From an uncultured Candidatus Rokubacteria bacterium (lineage in GTDB: Bacteria > Methylomirabilota > Methylomirabilia > Rokubacteriales > DASRDR01), in assembly GCA_963805625.1 (NCBI GenBank), contig CAWDVE010000004.1:64001-128000 (forward strand): a stretch of 64,000 bases of DNA, given 5' to 3'. Below are positions 28,324 through 36,902 of this stretch, one piece after another; position 1 is the stretch's first letter, and every line of letters begins with the position of its first letter. A program made the translations under genes and the position numbers. The notes beneath the pieces were generated by a model. It was given only the letters and a program-made list of their open reading frames with translations. It was not told the DNA's origin and did not search any database.

Positions 28324-29964
28324 CTAGATCGCGAGCGCGTAGCCGTCGCGCCGCGGGTCGGCCCCGCCCTGGAGCGCGCCGGACTCCGGATCGCGCCGGA
28401 TGCCCTGGCCGCCGCCGACGACCCACGACCAGTCCTCGATCACGTTGACCTGGTGACCGCGCGCCGCCAGGCCTGCCCGCACGCTCTCCGGGATGCGGCC
28501 CTCGACGTCCACCAGGCGGTCGCGATACGCGCGCACGCGCGGCGCCTCGATCGCCTCCTGCACCGTCATGCCGAACTCGACCACGTTCAGCAGCATCTGC
28601 GGCGTGGTCTGGAGGATGCCGTACGAGCCCGGCGTGCCAATCGACAGGAGGAACGCCCCGTCGCGGAAGACCTGGGTTGGCGCCATGCGCGTCTGCATCG
28701 GCGCGCCACCCCGGAGAACCGCCGGGCTGCCGGGCTCGACGTCCGCCCACATGAGGAGGTTGTTGAGGAGCATGCCGGTGCCCGGGACCATCACGCCGGA
28801 GCCGAACGGGCTCCCGAGCGTCTGGGTGACCGTGACCACGGTGCCGTCCCCGTCGGCCACCGCGAAGTGCGTGGTGTGCTCCTTCGCGAAATCGGCCGGA
28901 TGCCCCGGGAGGATCTCGCCGGGGAGGCGCTCGGCGCTCCACCGCTCGCCGCCGGAGACACCGGCCCGCCGGGGATCGATGAGCGAGCGCCGGTGGGCCG
29001 CGTAGCGGGGCGAGATGAGACCGGCGATGGGGGCGTCCGGATGCAGCACGTCGAGGCCGACCCGGTCCGCGGAGGCGACCTTGGCCGCCTCGATGAAATG
29101 GTGGAGGTACTCGACCGAGTTGTGGCCCATGCTCTTGAGGTCGAACCCCTCGAGGAGATGGAGCGTCTGGACCGACTGGAGGGCATTGGTCGGCGGGGGC
29201 GGGACGCACACCTCGTGGCCGTGAAAGCCGACGGCGAGCGGCGTGCCCCACGTCGGCCGGTAACCGGCGAGGTCGGCTTCCGTGATCCAGCCGCTCTGCG
29301 CTTCCATCGCCCGGGCGATCGCGCGCGCGATGGGGCCGCGGTAGAACGCCTCGGCGCCGCCCTCGGCGAGCTGCCTGAGCGTCGCGCCGAGGTCCTTCTG
29401 CACGAGCACCATTCCGGCCCGGGGCACCTCGCCGCCGACCAGAAATGTACGCTCGGCTTCTGCCGAGTGGGCGAGCTGTGGGCGCGCCTTCCGGAGGAAC
29501 TCGACGTTCTTCACCGTGAGCGGGAAGCCGTCCTCCGCCAGCCGGATCGCCGGCGTCATGACGGTCGCGCGGGGAACCTTGCCGTAGCGCTCGTGGAGCC
29601 CGAGGGTCGCCGCGACCAGCCCGGGCACGCCGATCGAGCGTGGGCCGGCCTTGAGATCCTCGGCGGTCACGCGCGACGGGTCCGCGGCGGCCGGCATCCG
29701 GCCGGCCGACACCACGGCCTCGCGGCGCCCCCGGTGGAACACGAGGAGCGTCGCGACGCCGCCCGGGCCGGACATGTACGGCTCGACGACGTGAAGGGCG
29801 AAGGACGTCGCGAGCGCGGCGTCGATGGCCGAGCCGCCCTGAAGGAGGATCTCGATCCCCGCCATCGCGGCAAGGGGATGGGCGGCCGCCACGCAGCCGC
29901 GAAGGCCCATCACGGTCGGCCGGAACGCGCCCCCGTGCGGGGTCAGACTTTGATTTCCCGACAT
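28324..29964 (-). CDS. ggt: Gamma-glutamyltransferase family protein
   Basis: GGSAIDAA, VEPYMSG, EAFYRG, autocleavage HTTHF, GTPGS and GGADPRRDG. No signal peptide, AGGAGG RBS. Confidence 0.92.
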   Translation of the reverse strand: MSGNQSLTPHGGAFRPTVMGLRGCVAAAHPLAAMAGIEILLQGGSAIDAALATSFALHVVEPYMSGPGGVATLLVFHRGRREAVVSAGRMPAAADPSRVTAEDLKAGPRSIGVPGLVAATLGLHERYGKVPRATVMTPAIRLAEDGFPLTVKNVEFLRKARPQLAHSAEAERTFLVGGEVPRAGMVLVQKDLGATLRQLAEGGAEAFYRGPIARAIARAMEAQSGWITEADLAGYRPTWGTPLAVGFHGHEVCVPPPPTNALQSVQTLHLLEGFDLKSMGHNSVEYLHHFIEAAKVASADRVGLDVLHPDAPIAGLISPRYAAHRRSLIDPRRAGVSGGERWSAERLPGEILPGHPADFAKEHTTHFAVADGDGTVVTVTQTLGSPFGSGVMVPGTGMLLNNLLMWADVEPGSPAVLRGGAPMQTRMAPTQVFRDGAFLLSIGTPGSYGILQTTPQMLLNVVEFGMTVQEAIEAPRVRAYRDRLVDVEGRIPESVRAGLAARGHQVNVIEDWSWVVGGGQGIRRDPESGALQGGADPRRDGYALAI

Positions 29965-30013
29965 TTTGGTCCTCCTGATGTCACGCTTGTTCTCACCGAC
30001 CACCCCCACCGCA

Positions 30014-30039
30014 TCATCGGGAATTGTCGGGAAGTCAAG
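30014..30039 (-). promoter_or_regulatory. Operator-like motif shared with the 17277-17312 region
   Basis: CTTGACTTCCCGACAATTCCCGATGA here versus CTTGACTCCCGA...GACAATTCCGATGA at 17277-17312. Confidence 0.5.
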
Positions 30040-30043
30040 TCCG

Positions 30044-31771
30044 TCAGTGGCTCGTGGGCGCGTACGGCGTCCAGTCCTGACCGGGGCCGCCGCGCAGGAA
30101 GTCGAAGTCGACGCCCTCTGGCGCCTGCAGCACGTGGTCGAGGTAGAGCTTTCCGTACCCGCGTGTGAAGGCGGGCGCGGGCGGGGTCCACCTGGCCTGC
30201 CGCCGCGCGAGCTCCTCGTCGGACACGTGGAGCACGAGCCGCCGCCCCGGGACGTCGAGCTCGATCTGGTCGCCGTCCCGGACGAGCGCCAGGGGACCGC
30301 CGACCGCGGATTCTGGCGCGACGTGGAGGACGCAGGTCCCGTAGGACGTGCCGCTCATCCGGGCGTCGGACACCCGCACCATGTCCTTCACGCCCTGGCG
30401 GAGAAGCTTCTCCGGGATGGGGAGCTGCCCCCACTCCGGCATCCCGGGTCCGCCTCGCGGCCCGCCGAGCTTCTGGACCAGCACGCACGTCTCGTCGACA
30501 TCGAGCGCCGGATCGTTCACGCGCGCCATGAGGTCGTGCTTGGACTCGAAGACGACCGCCCGGCCCCGGTGGCGGAGGAGATGGGGCGAGGCCGCGGTCT
30601 GCTTGAGCACGGCGCCGTCGGGACACAGATTCCCCTGGAGGATCACCGTGCCCCCTTCCTTCCCGAGCGGGCGGTCCAGGGGGACGATCACGTCGGGGTT
30701 CCGCACGCGGGCGCCCTGGACGTTCTCGGCGAGGCTCCGGCCCGTTACCGTCGGCGCCCCGCCGTGGAGGAGTGGGAGGAGCTGGTGAAGGACGGCGGGC
30801 AGCCCGCCCGCGTAGAAGAAGTCCTCCATCAGGTACTTCCCGGAGGGCCGGACGTTCGCGATGAAGGGCGTCTCCCGCGACAGGCGGTCGAAGAGCGACA
30901 GCGGCAGCGGCACGCCGACGCGACCCGCGATTGCGGGCAGGTGGACGATCGCGTTCGTGCTCCCGCCGATCGCCATGTCCACGCGGATCGCGTTCTCGAA
31001 GGCCTCGCGCGTGAGGATCCGGGTCGGGCGGAGGTCCTCCGCCACCATCTCGACGATCCGCTTCCCCGTCGCCTCGGCGAGCGTGAGGCGCCGTGAGTCG
31101 GGCGCGGGGATCGCCGCGTTGCCCGGGAGCGTCATGCCGAGGGACTCGGCCATCGAGGCCATCGTCGACGCGGTGCCCATGACCATGCAGTGTCCGGCCG
31201 AACGCGAGAAGCAGCTCTCCAGCTCACACCAGGACTCCTCGTCGAGCCGGCCCGCGCGGAACTCGTCCCAGTAGCGCCAGAGATCCGTCCCCGAGCCGAC
31301 CTCCTCGGTGCCGAACATGCCGCGGAGCATCGGGCCGCCGGTGACCATGATGGCCGGGAGATCCGCGCTCGCCGCGCCCATCAGCATGGCGGGTGTCGTC
31401 TTGTCGCAGCCTGACAGGAGCACGACGCCGTCGAAGGGCAGGCTCCGGATGCACTCCTCCACGTCCATGGACATCAGGTTCCGGAAGAGCATCGTCGTCG
31501 GCTTCATGAGGGGCTCGGAGAGCGAGATCACCGGGAACTCGAGCGGGAACCCCCCGGCGCGCCAGACGCCCCGCTTGACGTGCTCCGCGACGGTCCGGAG
31601 GTGCGCGTTGCAGTTCGTCGCCTCGCTCCAGGAGTTCGCGATCCCGATCACCGGCCGGCCCTGGAAGGCATCCTCGGAGAATCCCTCCGCCTTGATCCAG
31701 GCGCGATGGAGGAAGCCGTTGAGGTCGGTCCCACCGAACCAGTGCTGGCTGCGGAGCCTGGGGTTCGTCAT
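30044..31771 (-). CDS. IlvD/Edd-family dehydratase (L-arabonate/sugar-acid dehydratase-like)
   Basis: CNAHL, MLFRNL, CDKTTP, C.VMGTASTM, GGSTN and SDARMSGT. Confidence 0.92.
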   Translation of the reverse strand: MTNPRLRSQHWFGGTDLNGFLHRAWIKAEGFSEDAFQGRPVIGIANSWSEATNCNAHLRTVAEHVKRGVWRAGGFPLEFPVISLSEPLMKPTTMLFRNLMSMDVEECIRSLPFDGVVLLSGCDKTTPAMLMGAASADLPAIMVTGGPMLRGMFGTEEVGSGTDLWRYWDEFRAGRLDEESWCELESCFSRSAGHCMVMGTASTMASMAESLGMTLPGNAAIPAPDSRRLTLAEATGKRIVEMVAEDLRPTRILTREAFENAIRVDMAIGGSTNAIVHLPAIAGRVGVPLPLSLFDRLSRETPFIANVRPSGKYLMEDFFYAGGLPAVLHQLLPLLHGGAPTVTGRSLAENVQGARVRNPDVIVPLDRPLGKEGGTVILQGNLCPDGAVLKQTAASPHLLRHRGRAVVFESKHDLMARVNDPALDVDETCVLVQKLGGPRGGPGMPEWGQLPIPEKLLRQGVKDMVRVSDARMSGTSYGTCVLHVAPESAVGGPLALVRDGDQIELDVPGRRLVLHVSDEELARRQARWTPPAPAFTRGYGKLYLDHVLQAPEGVDFDFLRGGPGQDWTPYAPTSH

Positions 31772-31811
31772 GGGCGGGCGGTGCCTTCTCGACGGGAAGC
31801 GGCCCGGGAGC

Positions 31812-31916
31812 TCACTGGGCTACCCTGGCTGCGCAGGAGTTGATCGGACGGCTTCGATTGGACGGTCTTCGATCTGTGGCGGACGGTCTTCGATTTGTGG
31901 CGGCCTGTGGGCTCAT
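31812..31916 (-). repeat. Dispersed RRPS mini-ORF element, copy 2 (34 aa)
   Basis: Encodes MSPQAATNRRPSATDRRPSNRSRPINSCAARVAQ with 21-nt tandem units. Its ATG overlaps the upstream gene's TGA. Confidence 0.8.
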
Positions 31917-32257
31917 ACCTTGTCTTCCGTGCCGCGTGACCGGTACTCGGCGACTCTCTCCTGGATGGTCCTGGCAATGCTCTCCGCGTGGTCCATCGAG
32001 ACAAGAATGCCTAGCTGAATGCGACGCGTGAACCGGCGCTCGGGTTCGCGGCGGAGCTCCGTCCCCACCCGTCCCTCGGGACTGATGGCATGCATGACGC
32101 GGGTGGGAAGAGTGGGCGCCTCGACGAAGAAGTCGAGACGCAGGTCACCCCGTGGCGTTGGATCACCCCAAACACCATTGGCCGCGACCAGGCGATATCC
32201 GGCATCGTACTCGAAATGGAATTCGATCTGCCCTCCTTCGTACTGACGTTCGGTCAT
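31913..32257 (-). CDS. Hypothetical protein (DUF3467-like)
   Basis: GGAGGAG RBS and YRLVAANGVWG..TPRGDL.LDFF.E pattern. Somewhat more A/T-ending codons than neighbours. Confidence 0.7.
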   Translation of the reverse strand: MTERQYEGGQIEFHFEYDAGYRLVAANGVWGDPTPRGDLRLDFFVEAPTLPTRVMHAISPEGRVGTELRREPERRFTRRIQLGILVSMDHAESIARTIQERVAEYRSRGTEDKV

Positions 32258-32324
32258 GACGCGGTCTCCTCCAGTGAAACGAGGCGCTTTCTGCCGGCCG
32301 GACACGAAGTCGACCGCGGACCAC

Positions 32325-33665
32325 TCAACCGAGGAACTCGCGGCAGAGCGTTTCCCACATCGCGGCGGAGAGCCGGAGGCTCTCCACGTCGACCCGCTCG
32401 TCGTTGCCATGGAACATGAGTGGGTACTCCGCGTGGGGGATGCGCGGGGAGTGAAGGCCGAAGCCGTAGGCGGGGATACCCTGCAGACGGAAGAAGCGCG
32501 CATCGGTCGCGCCCACGGTGAGGCGCGGCACGATGTGGCTGCCGGGGACGAGCGCCTGCGTCACGCGCCTGAGGGTGTCGATCAGGGGTGTATCCGGCGA
32601 TGTGAGCGAGCCCTCCTCGCGGCCGATGGACTCCACGGTCACGCGGCTCCGGAGGTCGCCGAGGGCCTCGTCGAGCATCGTGTCCACCTCGGCCGGCGTG
32701 ACGCCCGGCAGGGCGCGGATGTCCACGTCGATCTCGACGCGGTCCGGCACCGTGTTCACCTTGCTTCCGCCCCGCACCAGGTTCGGCGAGAACGTGGTGT
32801 GGGTGGAGGCGTGGGCCATCTGGGCGAGGCCGAGGCTCTCCATGCGGGCGGCGGCGTCCAGCACGCGCGCCGGATCGGTGAGTGCGGCGGCGAGCTCCCG
32901 GTCGGGCTGGACGGCCTCCACGTAGCGCCGCCAGACGTCGAGGATCCGCGCCTTTGGCTGGTAGGCGGCGATCCGTCGCACGGCCTCGGCCGCGGTCACG
33001 AGCGCGTTGTCGGAGCGAAACGGCCGCGAGCCGTGCCCGGGCGTGCCCCGGACCGTGAGCCGTCGCCAGTTGACGCCCTTCTCTCCCACCGTGAGCGGGA
33101 GCCTGGGTCCGGCCGGCGTCGGGACCGGCACGCCGCCGCTCTCCGTGATGACGTAATCCGCGCGGACCGCGTCGAGCGCATGCGTCGTGAGGTGCTTGGC
33201 CCCGTAGAGCCCGCCGGCCTCCTCGTCGGCGACCGCCAGGTAGATGAGCGTCCCGCGCGGGCGGAACCCGGCGACCGCGAGGCGTCGCGTGGCGACGGCC
33301 ATGGTCGCCGTGAGATTCAGCATGTCGGTGGCACCGCGTCCCCAGACGATCCCGTCGACGAGCTCGCCCGCGAACGGGTCCCGGCGCCAGCCGGCGGGGT
33401 TGGCCGGGACGACGTCAGTATGTCCCATGAGGAGGAGCGTCGGGGCGTTCGGATCACGGCCCTCGATCCGGGCGACGAGGCTCGTCCGCCCGGGGGCCGC
33501 CTCGAACCGTCGGCAGGTGAGGCCGGAACCGGCGAAGTAGTCCTCCAGGGCCGCGACGTTCCGGATCTCCTGGCCCGAGCCGACGGTGTCGTCGTTGACG
33601 CAGGCGTTCCGGATCATCGTTCGAAGCAGCTCCGTTGGTTCCACGGTCAGCAGGTCGGGCGGCAT
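32325..33665 (-). CDS. M20/M25/M40 family metallo-hydrolase
   Basis: GHTDVVP, WGRGATDM, DEEAGG, PGHGS, GATD and HGNDER. Confidence 0.92.
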   Translation of the reverse strand: MPPDLLTVEPTELLRTMIRNACVNDDTVGSGQEIRNVAALEDYFAGSGLTCRRFEAAPGRTSLVARIEGRDPNAPTLLLMGHTDVVPANPAGWRRDPFAGELVDGIVWGRGATDMLNLTATMAVATRRLAVAGFRPRGTLIYLAVADEEAGGLYGAKHLTTHALDAVRADYVITESGGVPVPTPAGPRLPLTVGEKGVNWRRLTVRGTPGHGSRPFRSDNALVTAAEAVRRIAAYQPKARILDVWRRYVEAVQPDRELAAALTDPARVLDAAARMESLGLAQMAHASTHTTFSPNLVRGGSKVNTVPDRVEIDVDIRALPGVTPAEVDTMLDEALGDLRSRVTVESIGREEGSLTSPDTPLIDTLRRVTQALVPGSHIVPRLTVGATDARFFRLQGIPAYGFGLHSPRIPHAEYPLMFHGNDERVDVESLRLSAAMWETLCREFLG

Positions 33666-33764
33666 GGCGTCTCCTCGAGGCACGTGACGGTGGCCGGAAC
33701 CCTTCGCTGACGTCATGGTAGGGGGGGCCCGTACCGGGGTCAACGGGCGGGCTGGCGGCGGCCG

Positions 33765-33870
33765 GACCGCTGGCCAGACCGCTGGCCAGACCGTTTGGAT
33801 GGTGTCCGGGCCGGGCGCGTGGCACGGGCCGCGAACTCGCGGATCGCAGGTCTCGGGATCGCAGGTCTCG
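33765..33870. repeat. Two short tandem duplications in a divergent promoter region
   Basis: GACCGCTGGCCA x2.4 (33765-33793) and GGATCGCAGGTCTCG x2 (33841-33870). Confidence 0.7.
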
Positions 33871-33976
33871 GGTTGCCGCGGCGCGCCGCGCGGCGGTAGA
33901 CTGGCCTCGTGACGACGGCGATCCGGAGCGCCGACCGCCCGACGATCGGGCCGATGAGGACAGACAGGGGGAGGCC

Positions 33977-34630
33977 ATGAAGATCTTCCTCGACACCGCG
34001 AGCGTGAACGAGCTCAAGGAGGCCACGGCGATGGGTCTCCTCGACGGCGCCACCACCAACCCCTCGCTGGTCGCGAAGGAGAAGCGGCCGTTCCGCGACC
34101 TGGTCGACGAGATCTGCCGGATCGTCGACGGTCCGGTGAGCCTCGAGGTGGTCGCCACGGACACCGACGGCATGGTCCAGCAGGGGCGCGAGCTGGCCAA
34201 GATCGCCCCGAACGTCGTCGTGAAGCTGCCGACGACGGTCGAGGGCTTGAAGGCGCTCCGGATCCTCCGGGGCGAGGGGCTCCGAACCAACCTGACGCTC
34301 TGCTTCTCGGCGAGCCAGGCGCTCTTGGTGGCGAAGGGCGGAGCGACGTACGTCAGCCCGTTCCTGGGGCGGCTCGACGACATCTCGCACGTCGGGATGG
34401 ACCTGATCCGGACGATCCGGAAGATCTACGACAACTACGGTTTCGAGACGAAGATCCTCGCGGCGTCGCTCCGGAACCCGCTCCACGTCGTGGACGCAGC
34501 GCTCGCCGGCGCGGACGTGTCGACCCTGCCGTTCGCCGTCTTCCAGCAGCTCATCAAGCACCCGCTGACCGACATCGGCCTCAAGCGCTTCCTCGACGAC
34601 TGGCAGAAGGCCGGCGTGACGCTCGCGTGA
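33977..34630 (+). CDS. tal: Transaldolase (Fsa/TalC type)
   Basis: IFLDTA, TTNPSL, VVVKLP, TLCFS, VSPFLGRLDD, ASLR and HPLTD.GL. Confidence 0.93.
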   Translation: MKIFLDTASVNELKEATAMGLLDGATTNPSLVAKEKRPFRDLVDEICRIVDGPVSLEVVATDTDGMVQQGRELAKIAPNVVVKLPTTVEGLKALRILRGEGLRTNLTLCFSASQALLVAKGGATYVSPFLGRLDDISHVGMDLIRTIRKIYDNYGFETKILAASLRNPLHVVDAALAGADVSTLPFAVFQQLIKHPLTDIGLKRFLDDWQKAGVTLA

Positions 34631-34648
34631 CGCGGTAGGCGTCGCGCC

Positions 34649-35042
34649 GTGTCCGCCGCGAGCCTGACGCTCGTCCGGGAGGTCTACGACGCGTTCGCGC
34701 GCCGGGACCTCTCCGCCGTGTTGGCGCGGCTCCACCCGGACGTCGAGATCCGTCAGACGGGGCTCGTGCCCTGGGGCGGGCACTACCGCGGCCAGGAGGG
34801 CGCCCGGGAGTTCTTCGGGCGAGTGCTCGGCGCGATCGACTCCGCCGTGACCGTCGAGCGCTTCAATCGACGCGGGTGATCACGTGGCGGCGGTGGGGCG
34901 GACGCGCGGTCGCACCCGCGCGAGCGGCGTCGCGTTCGACCTGGCTGTCGTCCACGTGTGGACCGTGCGGGACGCGCGACTCGCGCGGCTCGAGGTGTCC
35001 ATCGACACGCCGGCCATGCAGGAGGCGCTGGCCTCCGGCTGA
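34649..35042 (+). pseudogene. NTF2/SnoaL-like protein with a +1 frameshift near 34865 (possibly a sequencing error)
   Basis: VREVYDAFARRDL...PWGG.Y.G. Deleting one A in TTCAATC gives FIDAGDHVAAVGRTRG...VHVWTVRD...IDT, ending at TGA 35042. Confidence 0.8.
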
Positions 35043-35097
35043 CCGGCGCGAAGCCGTTCTGCCGGCCTGCTGCCGGATCGGGGTAGAGTGCAGGGCG

Positions 35098-35205
35098 ATG
35101 AGCCAACAGTCCGACACAGGGCGAAGACCGTCTGCCACAGGGCGAAGACCGTCTGATCGAAATCGGCCGATCAACTCCCATGCCAGTCTAAGGGTAGCCT
35201 GGTGA
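35098..35205 (+). repeat. Dispersed RRPS mini-ORF element, copy 3 (35 aa)
   Basis: Encodes MSQQSDTGRRPSATGRRPSDRNRPINSHASLRVAW. TAGAGT -10 box 8 nt upstream; its TGA overlaps the sthA GTG. Confidence 0.8.
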
Positions 35206-36584
35206 GCCCAGAGAGCGACGTCTACGAGTTCGATCTGGTGGCGATCGGGAGCGGCCCCGCGGGCCAGCGCGCCGCCGTCCAGGCGGCGAAGCTCGGGAAG
35301 CGGGTCGCCCTCATCGAGAAGAACCGGTGCGTCGGCGGCGTCTGCGTCGAGACCGGGACGATCCCGAGCAAGACGTTCCGCGAGGCGGTGTGGGCCATGA
35401 GCAGCGCGCCCGCCGCCGGCGCCCGTCCGACCGCCGAGCAGCTCCTCGGGCGTGTCAGCGACGTCGTCCGGCGGGAGATCGACGTGCTGGACAGCCAGCT
35501 CCGGCGGAACGACATCGCGGTGATCCGGGGCGAGGCCGAGTTCCAGGACCCCCACACCCTGCTGATCCGGTCGGAGACCGGCTCCCGCGCGGTCCGCGCC
35601 GCGACGATCGTCGTCGCCGTGGGCACGCGGGCCGTCACCCCGCCCGGGGCGGTGCTCGACGGCGAGGTCGCGATCACCAGCGACGACATCATCCGCCTGA
35701 AGCGCCTGCCGCGGGCGATGGCGGTGGTGGGCGGCGGCGTCGTCGGGATGGAGTACGCGTCGATCTTCGCCATGCTCGGGATCGAGGTCACGGTGGTGGA
35801 GCGGCGGGACCGGGTACTCGACTTCGTCGACCGCGAGATCGTGGACGAGCTCATCCACCAGATGCGAAAGCGCGACGTCACCTTCCGCTTCGGCGAGGCC
35901 GTGGAGCGGTTCGAGGTGTCGGAGGGGCCGCCCCGGCGGGGTGTGCTGTTCCTCGAGTCAGGGAAGCGGATCGTCTCCGATCTGGTGCTCTTCTCCGCGG
36001 GCCGTACGGGTGCAACCGATCGGCTGAACCTCGCCGCGGCCGGCCTTGCTGCCGACGGGCGGGGCAGGCTCGGCGTCGACGCCGACTTCCGGACCTCGGT
36101 TCCCCACGTCTACGCCGCCGGGGACGTGATCGGTTACCCGAACCTGGCCGCGACGTCGAGCGAGCAGGGACGGCTGGCCGCCTGCCACGCCTTCGGCGTC
36201 GCCGCCGGGCCGATGGCGTCCCACTTTCCCGTGGGGATCTACGCCATCCCGGAGATCTCCATGGTCGGGGCCACCGAGCAGGAGCTGACCGCGGCCAAGG
36301 TTCCGTACGAGATCGGGATCGCGCGGTACCGCGAGATCGCGCGGGGCCAGATCCTGGGCGACGACAGCGGGCTCTTCAAGATGCTCTTCCATCGAGACGA
36401 CCGGCGGCTTCTCGGCGCCCACGCGATCGGCACCCAGGCGACCGAGCTGATCCACATCGGCCAGGCAGTCCTGGGGCTCGGCGGCGGGCTCGACTACTTC
36501 ATGCGGACCGTTTTCAACTATCCGACGCTGGCCGAGTGCTACAAGGTGGCCGCCCTCGACGCGGCCAACAAGCTCGCGACCTGA
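35202..36584 (+). CDS. sthA: Soluble (Si-specific) NAD(P)+ transhydrogenase
   Basis: IGSGPAG, GGVCVETGTIPSK (single Cys), YAAGDVIG.P.LA.TS.EQGR and FNYPTLAECYKVAA. Confidence 0.93.
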   Translation: MSPESDVYEFDLVAIGSGPAGQRAAVQAAKLGKRVALIEKNRCVGGVCVETGTIPSKTFREAVWAMSSAPAAGARPTAEQLLGRVSDVVRREIDVLDSQLRRNDIAVIRGEAEFQDPHTLLIRSETGSRAVRAATIVVAVGTRAVTPPGAVLDGEVAITSDDIIRLKRLPRAMAVVGGGVVGMEYASIFAMLGIEVTVVERRDRVLDFVDREIVDELIHQMRKRDVTFRFGEAVERFEVSEGPPRRGVLFLESGKRIVSDLVLFSAGRTGATDRLNLAAAGLAADGRGRLGVDADFRTSVPHVYAAGDVIGYPNLAATSSEQGRLAACHAFGVAAGPMASHFPVGIYAIPEISMVGATEQELTAAKVPYEIGIARYREIARGQILGDDSGLFKMLFHRDDRRLLGAHAIGTQATELIHIGQAVLGLGGGLDYFMRTVFNYPTLAECYKVAALDAANKLAT

Positions 36585-36647
36585 CCGGCCCGGGGGGCCG
36601 TCCGACCGCGCGCCCGTGCCCCGGCGGCGCCGGCGGCCGGACGTAGG

Positions 36648-36863
36648 CTAGGAGCGGCGCCCGGCCACGAGCAGGAGCAGGATCCCGCCCGCCACCGCCG
36701 CCACTCCGACCAGCGGTGACAGGGGGATCGTCTTCTCGCGCTTGACCTCCGCCTTGAATGGCCCGACGTCGATGATCTTGTCGCTCGTTGTGTACGTGAT
36801 CCCTTGGTAGACCAGGGCGATCACGCCCAGGACGATGAGCGCGATCCCAACCAGCTTGATCAT
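36648..36863 (-). CDS. Small membrane protein (DUF3185-like)
   Basis: TM-YQGITYT...IIDVGP...KTIPL.P-TM architecture with GGAGG RBS. Confidence 0.8.
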   Translation of the reverse strand: MIKLVGIALIVLGVIALVYQGITYTTSDKIIDVGPFKAEVKREKTIPLSPLVGVAAVAGGILLLLVAGRRS

Positions 36864-36902
36864 GCGGCGACCTCCCTCCGCTCGCTGTCTCTATGCAGTC
36901 CG

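Noticed and set aside
31845-31905. 21-nt repeats as a mini CRISPR array
   Set aside because: The units are head-to-tail with no unique spacers, there are only two, and no cas genes are present.
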